IMG/VR virus record: IMGVR_UViG_3300042197_000370 | Strand: one strand, 5' to 3' | Length of the DNA: 64,000 bases | DNA from: a virus | Shown: positions 18,541 to 27,369 of the stretch, piece after piece | How positions within the stretch are numbered: the first letter of the stretch is position 1 | Layout: the number at the start of each line of letters is the position of its first letter | The notes under the pieces: model-generated | The model's input: the letters and a program-made list of their open reading frames with translations, nothing else | Databases searched by the model: none | What the model was told of the DNA's origin: nothing | Made by a program: the position numbers and the translations under genes

Positions 18541-20100
18541 TTATTTACGCTTTTTTCTACCAACATCGCCTGGCTTAGGTGGCGATTGCATTTTCATGCG
18601 AGGTTCTGTGATATCCCTAGATACCTTCTCTAAGTCTTTTCTATCAGACACAGGACCTAAACTTGGCTTCTCTGCACCGCCCATTGATTCATCGGGTTCT
18701 GGCAGATTAGTCTTTGGATCTTCGTTAGATAACTTGAAACTAAAGCCGCCCTTAGTTGGATCTGTTGCTCCGCTCTTACTTTCAAGTGTAATCTTACCTT
18801 CAAGTTTTGCGGGCCATTGAGTAGCAAAACTCATTACGCCTGTTTTCTTATCTAAGTCTGCATACTGCTGAACAAAGTTCATATCAAGTATGTTTAATAC
18901 AACTTGTTGGAATCCAGGTATGGCTTGCTTTTCGTTTACAGCCAACATGACTGCTTCTTTAACAACATAGACTAACTTACCACCATCGCTTGCACCCTTG
19001 CGTGATTTCACTTTACTTGTTAATGAATCATACTGTGGTAATGCGATAGGTTTGCCTTTTTTGTATGCATCAATACTATCAGTAACCTCTCTGACTACTT
19101 TTGCTGGCCATGGTAAGAAAGGCTTAAACTCTTCTGGTATAGCATCAGGTACATATTGATTTATAAGATTCATTGCCTGAAATACTTGACTTACCGTTCT
19201 TGGACTTGGCAACGGATACTTAGGTGGTACACCCTTTTTCTTATCACCTGGATCCGCTAAATCAATAAACGCTACTGCAACTTTATAGTCAGGATTGTTT
19301 CTAATATCGTCTGGTATCTTAAGTCCACTTACACTTGGTGGCGCACCGCCACCAGAACCCTTGCTTGAAATGTTTACTTTGTGATTTGTCTTATCGTTAC
19401 TAATACTTGCAAAACTATCTGCTAATTGACTGTTACTCTCAGCAGGGAAGAATAGAGTAAGTGCGCTAGGATCAGCGCCTAACCATTCAATGAATCCTTG
19501 CTTGCGTGGGAAACGTGATTGTCCGTTAACCATAGCCAATACACCTAAGTACTCTCCTGCGTAGTCTAATATACTTTTACCAATAGATGTTTTCACATAT
19601 TCTTTTGGTATAACTGCAGGTTGACCGTTTAGTATTTGCTGTGCCATTTCAATTACAACTCTACCATAATCTGTAGATTGTAATGTTGAGTTATTAATAA
19701 TCTCTGATCCTAAATCGTTTGCAGGTATATCTTTATCTGTAATACCAATTTGGCTAGGTTTTAATAATGCAGCCTCTTTACTGAGTTCTTCACCCTCTTG
19801 ACCTGTGCTTGCTTGACCTCCGATATCGGCAGTCTTTAATAGTTGACTAAGTGCGTATTCACCTTTGTCTGTTTGTAATTTAATAGTACCTTTGAATTGT
19901 TCATCTGCAAACAATTCTTCCATTCTGTCTGCTTCGCTAGGTTCAACAATAACAGGTTCTTTATCTACAGTATAGAAAGGGGTTTCGCTACGAATCAACG
20001 AAACAAATTTCTCAAATCGACCGGGACGTTTAAGAATAGTACTGGCACTGAGTGTGCGGTCTTCCAGTAGGTTCTCTAATAAATTCAGTAAATCACGCAT
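18541..20100 (-). CDS. Large hypothetical protein with N-terminal leader; possible PD-(D/E)xK-like segment
   Basis: MRDLLNLLENLLED leader; LADSF...ISSK segment; late promoter at 20108-20114. Confidence 0.7.
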   Translation of the reverse strand: MRDLLNLLENLLEDRTLSASTILKRPGRFEKFVSLIRSETPFYTVDKEPVIVEPSEADRMEELFADEQFKGTIKLQTDKGEYALSQLLKTADIGGQASTGQEGEELSKEAALLKPSQIGITDKDIPANDLGSEIINNSTLQSTDYGRVVIEMAQQILNGQPAVIPKEYVKTSIGKSILDYAGEYLGVLAMVNGQSRFPRKQGFIEWLGADPSALTLFFPAESNSQLADSFASISNDKTNHKVNISSKGSGGGAPPSVSGLKIPDDIRNNPDYKVAVAFIDLADPGDKKKGVPPKYPLPSPRTVSQVFQAMNLINQYVPDAIPEEFKPFLPWPAKVVREVTDSIDAYKKGKPIALPQYDSLTSKVKSRKGASDGGKLVYVVKEAVMLAVNEKQAIPGFQQVVLNILDMNFVQQYADLDKKTGVMSFATQWPAKLEGKITLESKSGATDPTKGGFSFKLSNEDPKTNLPEPDESMGGAEKPSLGPVSDRKDLEKVSRDITEPRMKMQSPPKPGDVGRKKRK

Positions 20101-20119
20101 GATTTACTATTTATTCATT

Positions 20120-20614
20120 TTAAGTCTTAAACAGATTTTGATATCTGAACCACATGTTAGTACTGCCGGCTCTTTTAAGGGCTATCCCGTGTTTTGCTAA
20201 CTTATCCCTAAATAAGAAAAATGTTGGGCCATGACTCATTATAGGAGGCATACCCTTTTTCATTCTCTTTTTGCTAATTACGTCCCATTGATATTGATGA
20301 CACATTTCATGTGCTAGTGTAGCAATTAGCCATTGTTTACAGTACCACTTATCCTGTAAACGTATAATACACCCACTGCGATTACTATTCAAGTTGGGAA
20401 TAAAGTGTTTGGCCTGACATAGACCCCAATATTCTCTACATCTTGCTAATATCTCAAACTCGGGTGTGGGTAGTTCATTATTGAATATTTCCTGATTCAA
20501 TATTTTAAATAGGTATTTTACTTCACCCAAATCTGTTCTATATAGTAGACGTTTTTGCGCAGAGATGGTAGGGAGTTCCTGACTCATCATACGTTGAAGT
20601 CTTGATATTTTCAT
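20120..20614 (-). CDS. SprT-like zinc metalloprotease
   Basis: TLAHEMCHQ (HExxH) and HGPTF; ATG 20614 is 5 nt after CTAAATA. Confidence 0.85.
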   Translation of the reverse strand: MKISRLQRMMSQELPTISAQKRLLYRTDLGEVKYLFKILNQEIFNNELPTPEFEILARCREYWGLCQAKHFIPNLNSNRSGCIIRLQDKWYCKQWLIATLAHEMCHQYQWDVISKKRMKKGMPPIMSHGPTFFLFRDKLAKHGIALKRAGSTNMWFRYQNLFKT

Positions 20615-20717
20615 GATAGTATTTAGTATACTCAAAGAAATGGATATTGCTATATTTTGCGGTAAAAATACTAATATTCAGGGAAACAGTTAAATATTAT
20701 TTTAAGGAGAAAAAACA

Positions 20718-21038
20718 ATGGAAATCTTATTTGTAGGATTACTGGCTATTGCAGTATTAGCGGGAATTTGGTACTTTAACAGAAGTAAAGGATTTGACGC
20801 TAATAACGATGGTAAGGTAGACCTTAATGACGTTAAGCCCGTAGTTGAAAATACGGTTGAGGCTGTGAAGCAGGCCGCTGACGTTAATAAGGACGGAAAG
20901 GTTGATGCAGTTGATGTTAAAGAAGTAGCCGCTAAGGTTACTAAAAAGGTATCAAAGCCCAAGGCTCCCGCAAAGCCTAAAGCACCTGCAAAGCCTAAGG
21001 CCACTGGCAAGAAGCCCAAGATGACCGTAGTTAAATAA
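20718..21038 (+). CDS. Membrane-anchored protein with two EF-hand/dockerin-like DxNxDGxVD loops and a KPKAPA tail
   Basis: TM aa 3-20; DANNDGKVD and DVNKDGKVD; AGGAG SD. Confidence 0.8.
   Translation: MEILFVGLLAIAVLAGIWYFNRSKGFDANNDGKVDLNDVKPVVENTVEAVKQAADVNKDGKVDAVDVKEVAAKVTKKVSKPKAPAKPKAPAKPKATGKKPKMTVVK
20956..21003 (+). repeat. Coding tandem repeat (KPKAPA x2 plus KPKA)
   Basis: Degenerate 18-nt repeats. Confidence 0.7.
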
Positions 21039-21045
21039 GGGTCAC

Positions 21046-21744
21046 ATGGAAATCGGTTTTGATGTTATCAGTGATTTAAATCTCTCTCCTGAAGAGAGTT
21101 TTAACTGGGAAGGAAAATCTACTAGTCTATACTGTATAGTAGCAGGCAATGTAAGTTCTGATTTAAGAACAGTACTTCAAACACTAGCACATCTTAGTAA
21201 ACAATATCAAGGGGTATTTTATACACCAGGATCGTTAGAATATGAAGATTGTGATGACATTAATGCAAGGACACATGATATACTAAGTGTGTGTTCTAAA
21301 ATTCACAACCTCGCCGTACTCCATCATAATGTTGTCATTATAGATGGGGTAGCCATTTTAGGAGCAAATGGTTGGGGTAAGGATTTATTGCAAGAGGATG
21401 ATATGGCACATTCTCAAATCGATATGCATAGAATGGAAGATACTGCGTATCTTCACAAGTCATTAGAAAAATTACAACGTCACTTAGACGTAAAGAAAAT
21501 ATTAGTAGTGTCTAGCGCAGTTCCACATAGGAACTTATACTTTAATGAAGAGCCTGAGTTTATTAGTGGAATTTTACCACTAGTAGCATCGCTAGTATCT
21601 GATACTGAATCTAAAGTTAGTAACTGGGTGTTTGGTACACATGAAAAAATAGTTGATACTACTATTAATAATATCAACTATTGCAACAACCCTTATCTAA
21701 AAAGAAATCCTTATTGGGCTAAAAGAGTTACTGTAGAATTTTAA
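21046..21744 (+). CDS. Degenerate metallophosphoesterase-fold protein
   Basis: DLN, GN, GSLE and GTHE in place of DLH, GD, GNHE and GHxH. Confidence 0.65.
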   Translation: MEIGFDVISDLNLSPEESFNWEGKSTSLYCIVAGNVSSDLRTVLQTLAHLSKQYQGVFYTPGSLEYEDCDDINARTHDILSVCSKIHNLAVLHHNVVIIDGVAILGANGWGKDLLQEDDMAHSQIDMHRMEDTAYLHKSLEKLQRHLDVKKILVVSSAVPHRNLYFNEEPEFISGILPLVASLVSDTESKVSNWVFGTHEKIVDTTINNINYCNNPYLKRNPYWAKRVTVEF

Positions 21745-22055
21745 CGTGATTCTGCTTCTACTTTAACTTGTAGAGGATAACCTTGCGCCCTTGCATCTAA
21801 TGTTACCTCTATGCCTTTTTGTTCGGCAATTTCGTAGGGTAGGACAGCAACAACCGCGCTGCCTTCGTCATGTATATTTTTAGTTATTGTTGATGCGGTA
21901 TCAGGATTGTAGTTAAAATATTCAACAAGAGAATGAATAACGAACTCCATGCTTGTATGATCATCATTCATGTAAATGATTTTAAACAGAGGCGGCTCCT
22001 GTAATGTAAGATTGGGTTTAATTTTTTGTTTAATTTCTGTATTTGTGTTTGGCAT
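21741..22055 (-). CDS. clpS: ClpS N-degron adaptor
   Basis: PPLFKIIYMNDDHTSMEFV...IHDEGSAVV...EIAEQK...YPL. Confidence 0.93.
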   Translation of the reverse strand: MPNTNTEIKQKIKPNLTLQEPPLFKIIYMNDDHTSMEFVIHSLVEYFNYNPDTASTITKNIHDEGSAVVAVLPYEIAEQKGIEVTLDARAQGYPLQVKVEAESR

Positions 22056-22075
22056 GATTGTTACCCTTTTGAAAA

Positions 22076-22103
22076 TGTCTGCGGCCATAATCGACCGCAG
22101 ACA
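22076..22103 (-). terminator. Hairpin TGTCTGCGG/CCGCAGACA followed by TTTTCAAAA
   Basis: 9-bp stem and short U-tract between hsp20 and clpS. Confidence 0.7.
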
Positions 22104-22113
22104 CTATATGATA

Positions 22114-22569
22114 TTATTTATTATAGGTAATTGCAACTTTTTTGGGCTTTTGCTCTTCAGGAATCTGACGTTCCAAATGAACAGTCAAGATACCATCACG
22201 AACTTCAGCACCAACTACCTCAACATGATCTGCAAGAGTCCATGTGCGGTAAAAGTTGCGGGCACTGATGCCACGATGTAGATATTCTACTGGCTTATCA
22301 AGTTCTTCAAGTGACTCGATTTTTTCGCCCCTAACACTAAGTTGATTCTTCTCAACGCTAATGTCAATATCACCCTCACGGAAACCTGCAACTGCTAATT
22401 CAATAGCAAATTTATCCTCACTATGTTTCACAACATTGTATGGTGGATAGTTAGTTGAGTTTGTCCCCGCAGTCTGACGCAATAGTTCATCGAACATTTG
22501 GTCAAAGCCAACTGCAAATTTGTGGATTGAGGGAATATCTAGGGAACGAAGGGTTAATGTGTTTGTCAT
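22114..22569 (-). CDS. hsp20: Small heat-shock protein Hsp20 (IbpA-like)
   Basis: GFDQMF, NYPPYNV, LAVAGF, YLHRGISARNF, GILTV. Confidence 0.95.
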   Translation of the reverse strand: MTNTLTLRSLDIPSIHKFAVGFDQMFDELLRQTAGTNSTNYPPYNVVKHSEDKFAIELAVAGFREGDIDISVEKNQLSVRGEKIESLEELDKPVEYLHRGISARNFYRTWTLADHVEVVGAEVRDGILTVHLERQIPEEQKPKKVAITYNK

Positions 22570-22627
22570 GTTTATCTCCTTTATATTAAGCAAGACAATT
22601 AAAGTAGACCCGACCATCGGCATCTAC
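22567..22627 (-). promoter_or_regulatory. ROSE-like RNA thermometer in the hsp20 5'UTR
   Basis: 5' hairpin GUAGA..CCGA-UGG-UCGG..UCUAC, then CUUGCU-UAAUAUAA-AGGAG with a bulged G opposite the SD. Confidence 0.75.
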
Positions 22628-22632
22628 TGTAG

Positions 22633-22639
22633 TATTTAT
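22633..22639 (-). promoter_or_regulatory. Late-type promoter ATAAATA for hsp20
   Basis: 5 nt upstream of the first hairpin. Confidence 0.65.
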
Positions 22640-22675
22640 TTTACTACAATTTCGCAAAAAAATATAATATTTTGG

Positions 22676-22891
22676 TTAAAATTGTTTTGGTGGAAGTTCT
22701 TGACTACGTAGATGTTTTTGCCAACGTTTTTTGGCTTGACTACGTTCTAGTTTGCGTTGGACAGACGGCTTTATATAGCATTGCCTTTTTTGCAATTCTA
22801 ATAATAACCCTGAATCAGCAATTTTCTTTTTAAACTTTCTAAGTGCCTTTTCAACGTTATCGTCTTGTACTATTACTTTTCTGCCCTTCAT
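22676..22891 (-). CDS. rpsU: Ribosomal protein bS21
   Basis: VEKALRKFKKK...ELQKRQCYIKPSVQRK. Confidence 0.9.
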   Translation of the reverse strand: MKGRKVIVQDDNVEKALRKFKKKIADSGLLLELQKRQCYIKPSVQRKLERSQAKKRWQKHLRSQELPPKQF

Positions 22892-24087
22892 GCTAGTGTT
22901 TTTGGATTAATAACCAAGTCCTGAGTAATATTTATCTCGGTTATCCCCTTTTTCTTGTACTGACTAATATGAAACATATGTGGCATTAGTACACGTTCAA
23001 TCTCAGTCTGTAGACCTCTAGCACCAGTCTTAAGTTTAATGCAATTATCTGCTATTTGCTCAATTGCTTCTTTAGAAAACACTAGTGATATGTCATCTAC
23101 ACTAAACAAGTATTGATATTGTTCAATAAAGTTATTTTTTACTTCCGTAAGGACCTTTATAAGTTGGTCTTTATCCAAATCTGTGAGCCCAATTGTAGTA
23201 GTAAAACGTCCTATAAATTCGGGAATCATACCAAATCTAGTTAGGTCATCTGGGGTGAGTTTGTCTAATCCACTGCCATCCTGACTAGATTTAACGTCGG
23301 CACTGAAACCAATATTACTACCCTTTAACCTAGACTTGATTACATCAGCCAACCCCACAAATGCGCCACCAGCAATGAATAATATGTTCTTAGTATCTAC
23401 CTCTGTCATTTCTGACCCAGGGTGCTTACGATTACCCATTGGAGGAACACGACACTTCGTACCTTCTACCAACTTCAATAATGCTTGTTGAACACCCTCA
23501 CCACTTACGTCACGTGTAATGCTAGTATGTTCACTTTTACGTGCGATTTTATCAACTTCGTCAATGAAAACAATACCACGCTCTGCAAGTTTAATGTCGT
23601 TCTTAGCGGCGGCTAATAGCATACTAATCATGCTTTCTACGTCATCACCTACATATCCTGCTTCGGTAAGTGATGTAGCATCCGCTACAACGAAAGGCAC
23701 ATTTAGATATTTGGCTACTGACTTAGCCAACAATGTTTTACCACTACCAGTGGGTCCAACTAATAGTACATTACCTTTATTGATTTCTAACCCATTCTTT
23801 GGTGGGTTAGTTATACGTTTGTAATGGTTAGCGATTGCTACGCTTAATACACGTTTAGCATCGTCTTGACCTATTACATGTTGATCAAGATGTTCCTTAA
23901 TTGTATAAGCATCAAAAGACTGTGTTTCTTCTTCAGGTTTCTCAATAGTAGTATCGTCTACAATTAACTGGTTGCATAAATCAATGCAATCACTACAAAT
24001 CGCTACACTATCACTTACTATAAGTTTTTTAACAGCATCCTTATGATTATTACAAAATGAACAATGTGAAATTTTCGAATCAGCCAT
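22888..24087 (-). CDS. clpX: ClpX ATPase
   Basis: CSFC...CSDCIDLC zinc domain, GPTGSGKT, IDEVDK, RDVSGEGVQQ, GARGL. Confidence 0.97.
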   Translation of the reverse strand: MADSKISHCSFCNNHKDAVKKLIVSDSVAICSDCIDLCNQLIVDDTTIEKPEEETQSFDAYTIKEHLDQHVIGQDDAKRVLSVAIANHYKRITNPPKNGLEINKGNVLLVGPTGSGKTLLAKSVAKYLNVPFVVADATSLTEAGYVGDDVESMISMLLAAAKNDIKLAERGIVFIDEVDKIARKSEHTSITRDVSGEGVQQALLKLVEGTKCRVPPMGNRKHPGSEMTEVDTKNILFIAGGAFVGLADVIKSRLKGSNIGFSADVKSSQDGSGLDKLTPDDLTRFGMIPEFIGRFTTTIGLTDLDKDQLIKVLTEVKNNFIEQYQYLFSVDDISLVFSKEAIEQIADNCIKLKTGARGLQTEIERVLMPHMFHISQYKKKGITEINITQDLVINPKTLA

Positions 24088-24092
24088 AGTAT

Positions 24093-24099
24093 TACTTAT
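24093..24099 (-). promoter_or_regulatory. Late-type promoter variant ATAAGTA, 5 nt before the clpX AUG
   Basis: No SD; spacing matches other copies. Confidence 0.6.
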
Positions 24100-24108
24100 C
24101 TTTATAAA

Positions 24109-25089
24109 TTATATATTACAGTTTTCATGTGCAACTAATTCTAACTTAATAGAGTATAACCCCTTAAGTATACTGTCAGATACGTTATTGGGTAAAGGAA
24201 CATTAACGCTGTATTTTTCTTGCACAGACCCAAACAATTTTATTTTATGTGGATCGCCCAATGCATAGAATGAACGCTGATGACCAGATAAAAATTTGGG
24301 ATAAAAACATTGATCCATCATAACTTGATTGTTTAGATTTTTAAGCAATAACTTAACACGCACCTCTCTATTACCTTGCATGTGGTTACGTATATCATTG
24401 ATATGTGTTAAATCATTAAGTTTATATTTGTCACTGCTTACTGCAAAGAAGTGGGGTATAGGTTGAACACTGACGTTACCGGGTGTTTTCTTAAAGAAGC
24501 CTGCATTACTATCAATGTTATTCATTAGTTCATTAAATGCATTAATGAAATTCTGATTCCATGACATAACATATGGAATCACTAACGATAAATTTCTGTT
24601 GTGATCTACTTTTAGTTGGTAGGGCAGTTGTTCAATATTATATGCACGACTAGGATAATGTCGCATAACAGCCCATACTAAACCATCACTTTTACCGCGC
24701 TCTTCTAAATATGTTTGGTGTTGTGCGGCATGCCTATGATTTTCAAATACAGTGATGTTGTTTGGTTTAGACAGTAATAAGTCTGATAACTTGCTACTAG
24801 AAATCCAAACATCAACTACTAATTGAACTCTATCGCCATAGTCCGTTACACTAACAACCTTAAACTTATCAACATACCCTGCACTATAGGCTAGAATATT
24901 ATTGCGAACAAGTTTAAGATTTTCTTGCTCACGTTCAGAGACAACTACTGTTCCAATCTTATATTCTATAGCCTCACGAAAGGCATTATATTTTGCCTCT
25001 TCATAAGTTTTACCACTAGACGTTACATTGATTGGATTAGCAAAACACCATAATGGGAATAATAGAATAGCAAGAAAAGTAAATTTCAT
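24109..25089 (-). CDS. Secreted hypothetical protein, LPP20-like N-terminus
   Basis: Signal peptide; SSGKTYEEAKYNAFREAIE. Confidence 0.6.
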   Translation of the reverse strand: MKFTFLAILLFPLWCFANPINVTSSGKTYEEAKYNAFREAIEYKIGTVVVSEREQENLKLVRNNILAYSAGYVDKFKVVSVTDYGDRVQLVVDVWISSSKLSDLLLSKPNNITVFENHRHAAQHQTYLEERGKSDGLVWAVMRHYPSRAYNIEQLPYQLKVDHNRNLSLVIPYVMSWNQNFINAFNELMNNIDSNAGFFKKTPGNVSVQPIPHFFAVSSDKYKLNDLTHINDIRNHMQGNREVRVKLLLKNLNNQVMMDQCFYPKFLSGHQRSFYALGDPHKIKLFGSVQEKYSVNVPLPNNVSDSILKGLYSIKLELVAHENCNI

Positions 25090-25090
25090 T

Positions 25091-25732
25091 TTACTTTCCT
25101 GAAATCAGATTACGAACCTTCCCCAAATCTTCTGAATCATGGCGATTCCAAGCAACCGTACAAGAAATAGTTTTGCCGTCTACAACTTTAGTATCAGCAA
25201 TTTTAAATCCTACCAAACGACCTTGTGAGTTTGTAGTCACAGTACGTACGGTGTCGATATCAGTATTAACTAACGCCTCTAGAATACTAAAATTCGTATC
25301 CTTGTCAGCATCAGTAGCAGACATTCCTACTTCATCGCCCTTCTCAGTGCGTGACTTGACACGATCCTTTTGATTTTCATTCTGACGGCTACGCATACGT
25401 GAGGAACGTGAATCAGTTACATTGTCACCGAATACATAACTTACAACATTAGCACGTGCATTATCACATGCCTGCAATGTAACAGTCTTTTGAATTAGTC
25501 GGCTAGCACCGATACTTGGCTGCACACCTACAGCCTCAATTGAATCGATATTGCACTTTTTGCTATTCCAAAGCCAACCACATGACTTAGTAATCTTGAT
25601 GGTTTCTCCGGGAACATTAGTTTTGAATGACTGTGATTCAATACTGGGAACTTCACCTTTACTAGGGCCCTGACTAGCACATCCAGCCAAAACAGCAGTA
25701 GCAACAGCGACACTTAACACTCGACACTTCAT
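25091..25732 (-). CDS. Lipoprotein of unknown function
   Basis: Lipobox LAGC; upstream TTGATC-17-TATACT (25765-25793). Confidence 0.75.
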   Translation of the reverse strand: MKCRVLSVAVATAVLAGCASQGPSKGEVPSIESQSFKTNVPGETIKITKSCGWLWNSKKCNIDSIEAVGVQPSIGASRLIQKTVTLQACDNARANVVSYVFGDNVTDSRSSRMRSRQNENQKDRVKSRTEKGDEVGMSATDADKDTNFSILEALVNTDIDTVRTVTTNSQGRLVGFKIADTKVVDGKTISCTVAWNRHDSEDLGKVRNLISGK

Positions 25733-25789
25733 AAAACCTCCAAAGGTTTGTTTACAATAATAGTAGTATATTATAGTTGGGATTAAAGA

Positions 25790-27328
25790 TCAAGACTTTT
25801 GGGTACGTAGATATTCTTCAATAAGGGCACGTTCGTTATCGGATAATAACTCAACGTCATATGTACCCTTATCTATCTCGCTGACCAAATATTGGATATA
25901 AGATTCATCGTATAGATACGAATTAGATGTTTCCTTTTGTATCTCTATCCATTTGCTTCCGTCGAATTTAAATACCTTGTTTGGTAATATATCAACTCTT
26001 ACGAAAACGTCACCTTTGTTAGCCATTTTTGGGAAAGTAGGACCAAAGTTAGTATTGACTTGTTGTGCATTATCTGCCATTAATGCAAATTGTGGGTAAA
26101 GAGAAGTGAATGCGTCCTTGTGCATTGACTTACCCTCGTACACTACATAACCACCTTCAACATCCTTATAAGGTTTTTCTTTAGTGACGCCCTCAGTGGT
26201 TATCTCTTTGGGTTCGTCAACAATTGGTTCTGCAATCTCGTCTACTACAGGTTCTTCTTTTGGTTCTTCTTGTTTAGGTTCTTCAACAACTTCGGGTCTG
26301 TAAACCTGAGGGGGAACCTTACCCCAACCCTTTGGAAATTTGAATCCTTGTGTAAGATAAGGAAACTTTTCTAGCAAGGATTTTTCGGGTTCATCTGGTT
26401 TAGGCTCATTTGGAACAACTTCGTCCACCACTGTGTCAGGTCGATCTGGTTGTTCGTCATTTCCTTCACTATTACTATGTTCATTATCATTATTATTATC
26501 GGTAGTGGCATTTTCGTTCTCCCAACGTCTGCTCGTATTTGCGGCAATAACTAACGTTAGTGCCAATGGGTCAAATACTAGAACGATAAGGATAATAACC
26601 CAACGTACCGCACGTTCTAATAAATTAGCATCTGGATTGTCGCCATAAATCAATGCGGCAATGTATTTGATAGGACCTACTTCTGCTTCAATCTTACGAA
26701 ACTGTGTGGCTAAAGGAGCCTTTTCTAAACTTAAGGATTGTATGGTAGCATTAGACTTTTCTATACGTGTTTGCGCCTCGTCTATCTCTTTAGAATATGC
26801 TTGTCTATCTCTGCGCTGTGCCGCACGTATCTGTACGGATCTTTCCGCGCTAGCCTCAGTAGTACCACGATCCAACCTTGCGGACACTTGAGCGTCTAAC
26901 TGGGATAATGCCCTACGTGCAGATTCAATGTTCTCTCGCTCACTCTTTATTAATTCTTTTTGTATGTTTATCTTTTCATCAAGCAAACTTATCTGCGCCG
27001 CTACATCACCCGACACGATTCCTTGATCCATGTGTGCTTTCGACAAGAAGCCAAAGATACCCATACTGGTTAATAGTGCTAGTGCTATTACTGCCGGCAC
27101 TAAGTAAAGTTTTAGTTGCCAATTAATGCGATCCCAGTATCTATGTAGCCATACAGTAGTGACTACTTTAGCAAATTCTAATGCACCGCCCATAATGACA
27201 ATGGGTATAACAGCCGCGGCGAAAATGGCAACAAGGCCCAGTATACTATACCAGGCCGCAATACCACTTAAAGATAGTGCTGTAACTAACACTAAGTTCG
27301 ATAATGTAAATATTTTTCCAAAAGGCAT
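25790..27328 (-). CDS. Conserved T4-like membrane/coiled-coil protein with Pro/Glu-rich linker
   Basis: Three N-terminal TM helices, coiled coil, IEAEVGPIKYIA, VFDPLA; ATG 27328 is 5 nt after CTAAATA. Confidence 0.8.
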   Translation of the reverse strand: MPFGKIFTLSNLVLVTALSLSGIAAWYSILGLVAIFAAAVIPIVIMGGALEFAKVVTTVWLHRYWDRINWQLKLYLVPAVIALALLTSMGIFGFLSKAHMDQGIVSGDVAAQISLLDEKINIQKELIKSERENIESARRALSQLDAQVSARLDRGTTEASAERSVQIRAAQRRDRQAYSKEIDEAQTRIEKSNATIQSLSLEKAPLATQFRKIEAEVGPIKYIAALIYGDNPDANLLERAVRWVIILIVLVFDPLALTLVIAANTSRRWENENATTDNNNDNEHSNSEGNDEQPDRPDTVVDEVVPNEPKPDEPEKSLLEKFPYLTQGFKFPKGWGKVPPQVYRPEVVEEPKQEEPKEEPVVDEIAEPIVDEPKEITTEGVTKEKPYKDVEGGYVVYEGKSMHKDAFTSLYPQFALMADNAQQVNTNFGPTFPKMANKGDVFVRVDILPNKVFKFDGSKWIEIQKETSNSYLYDESYIQYLVSEIDKGTYDVELLSDNERALIEEYLRTQKS

Positions 27329-27369
27329 CAATATATTTAGTCTCCTATAGTCTTAAATATGTTAATACT

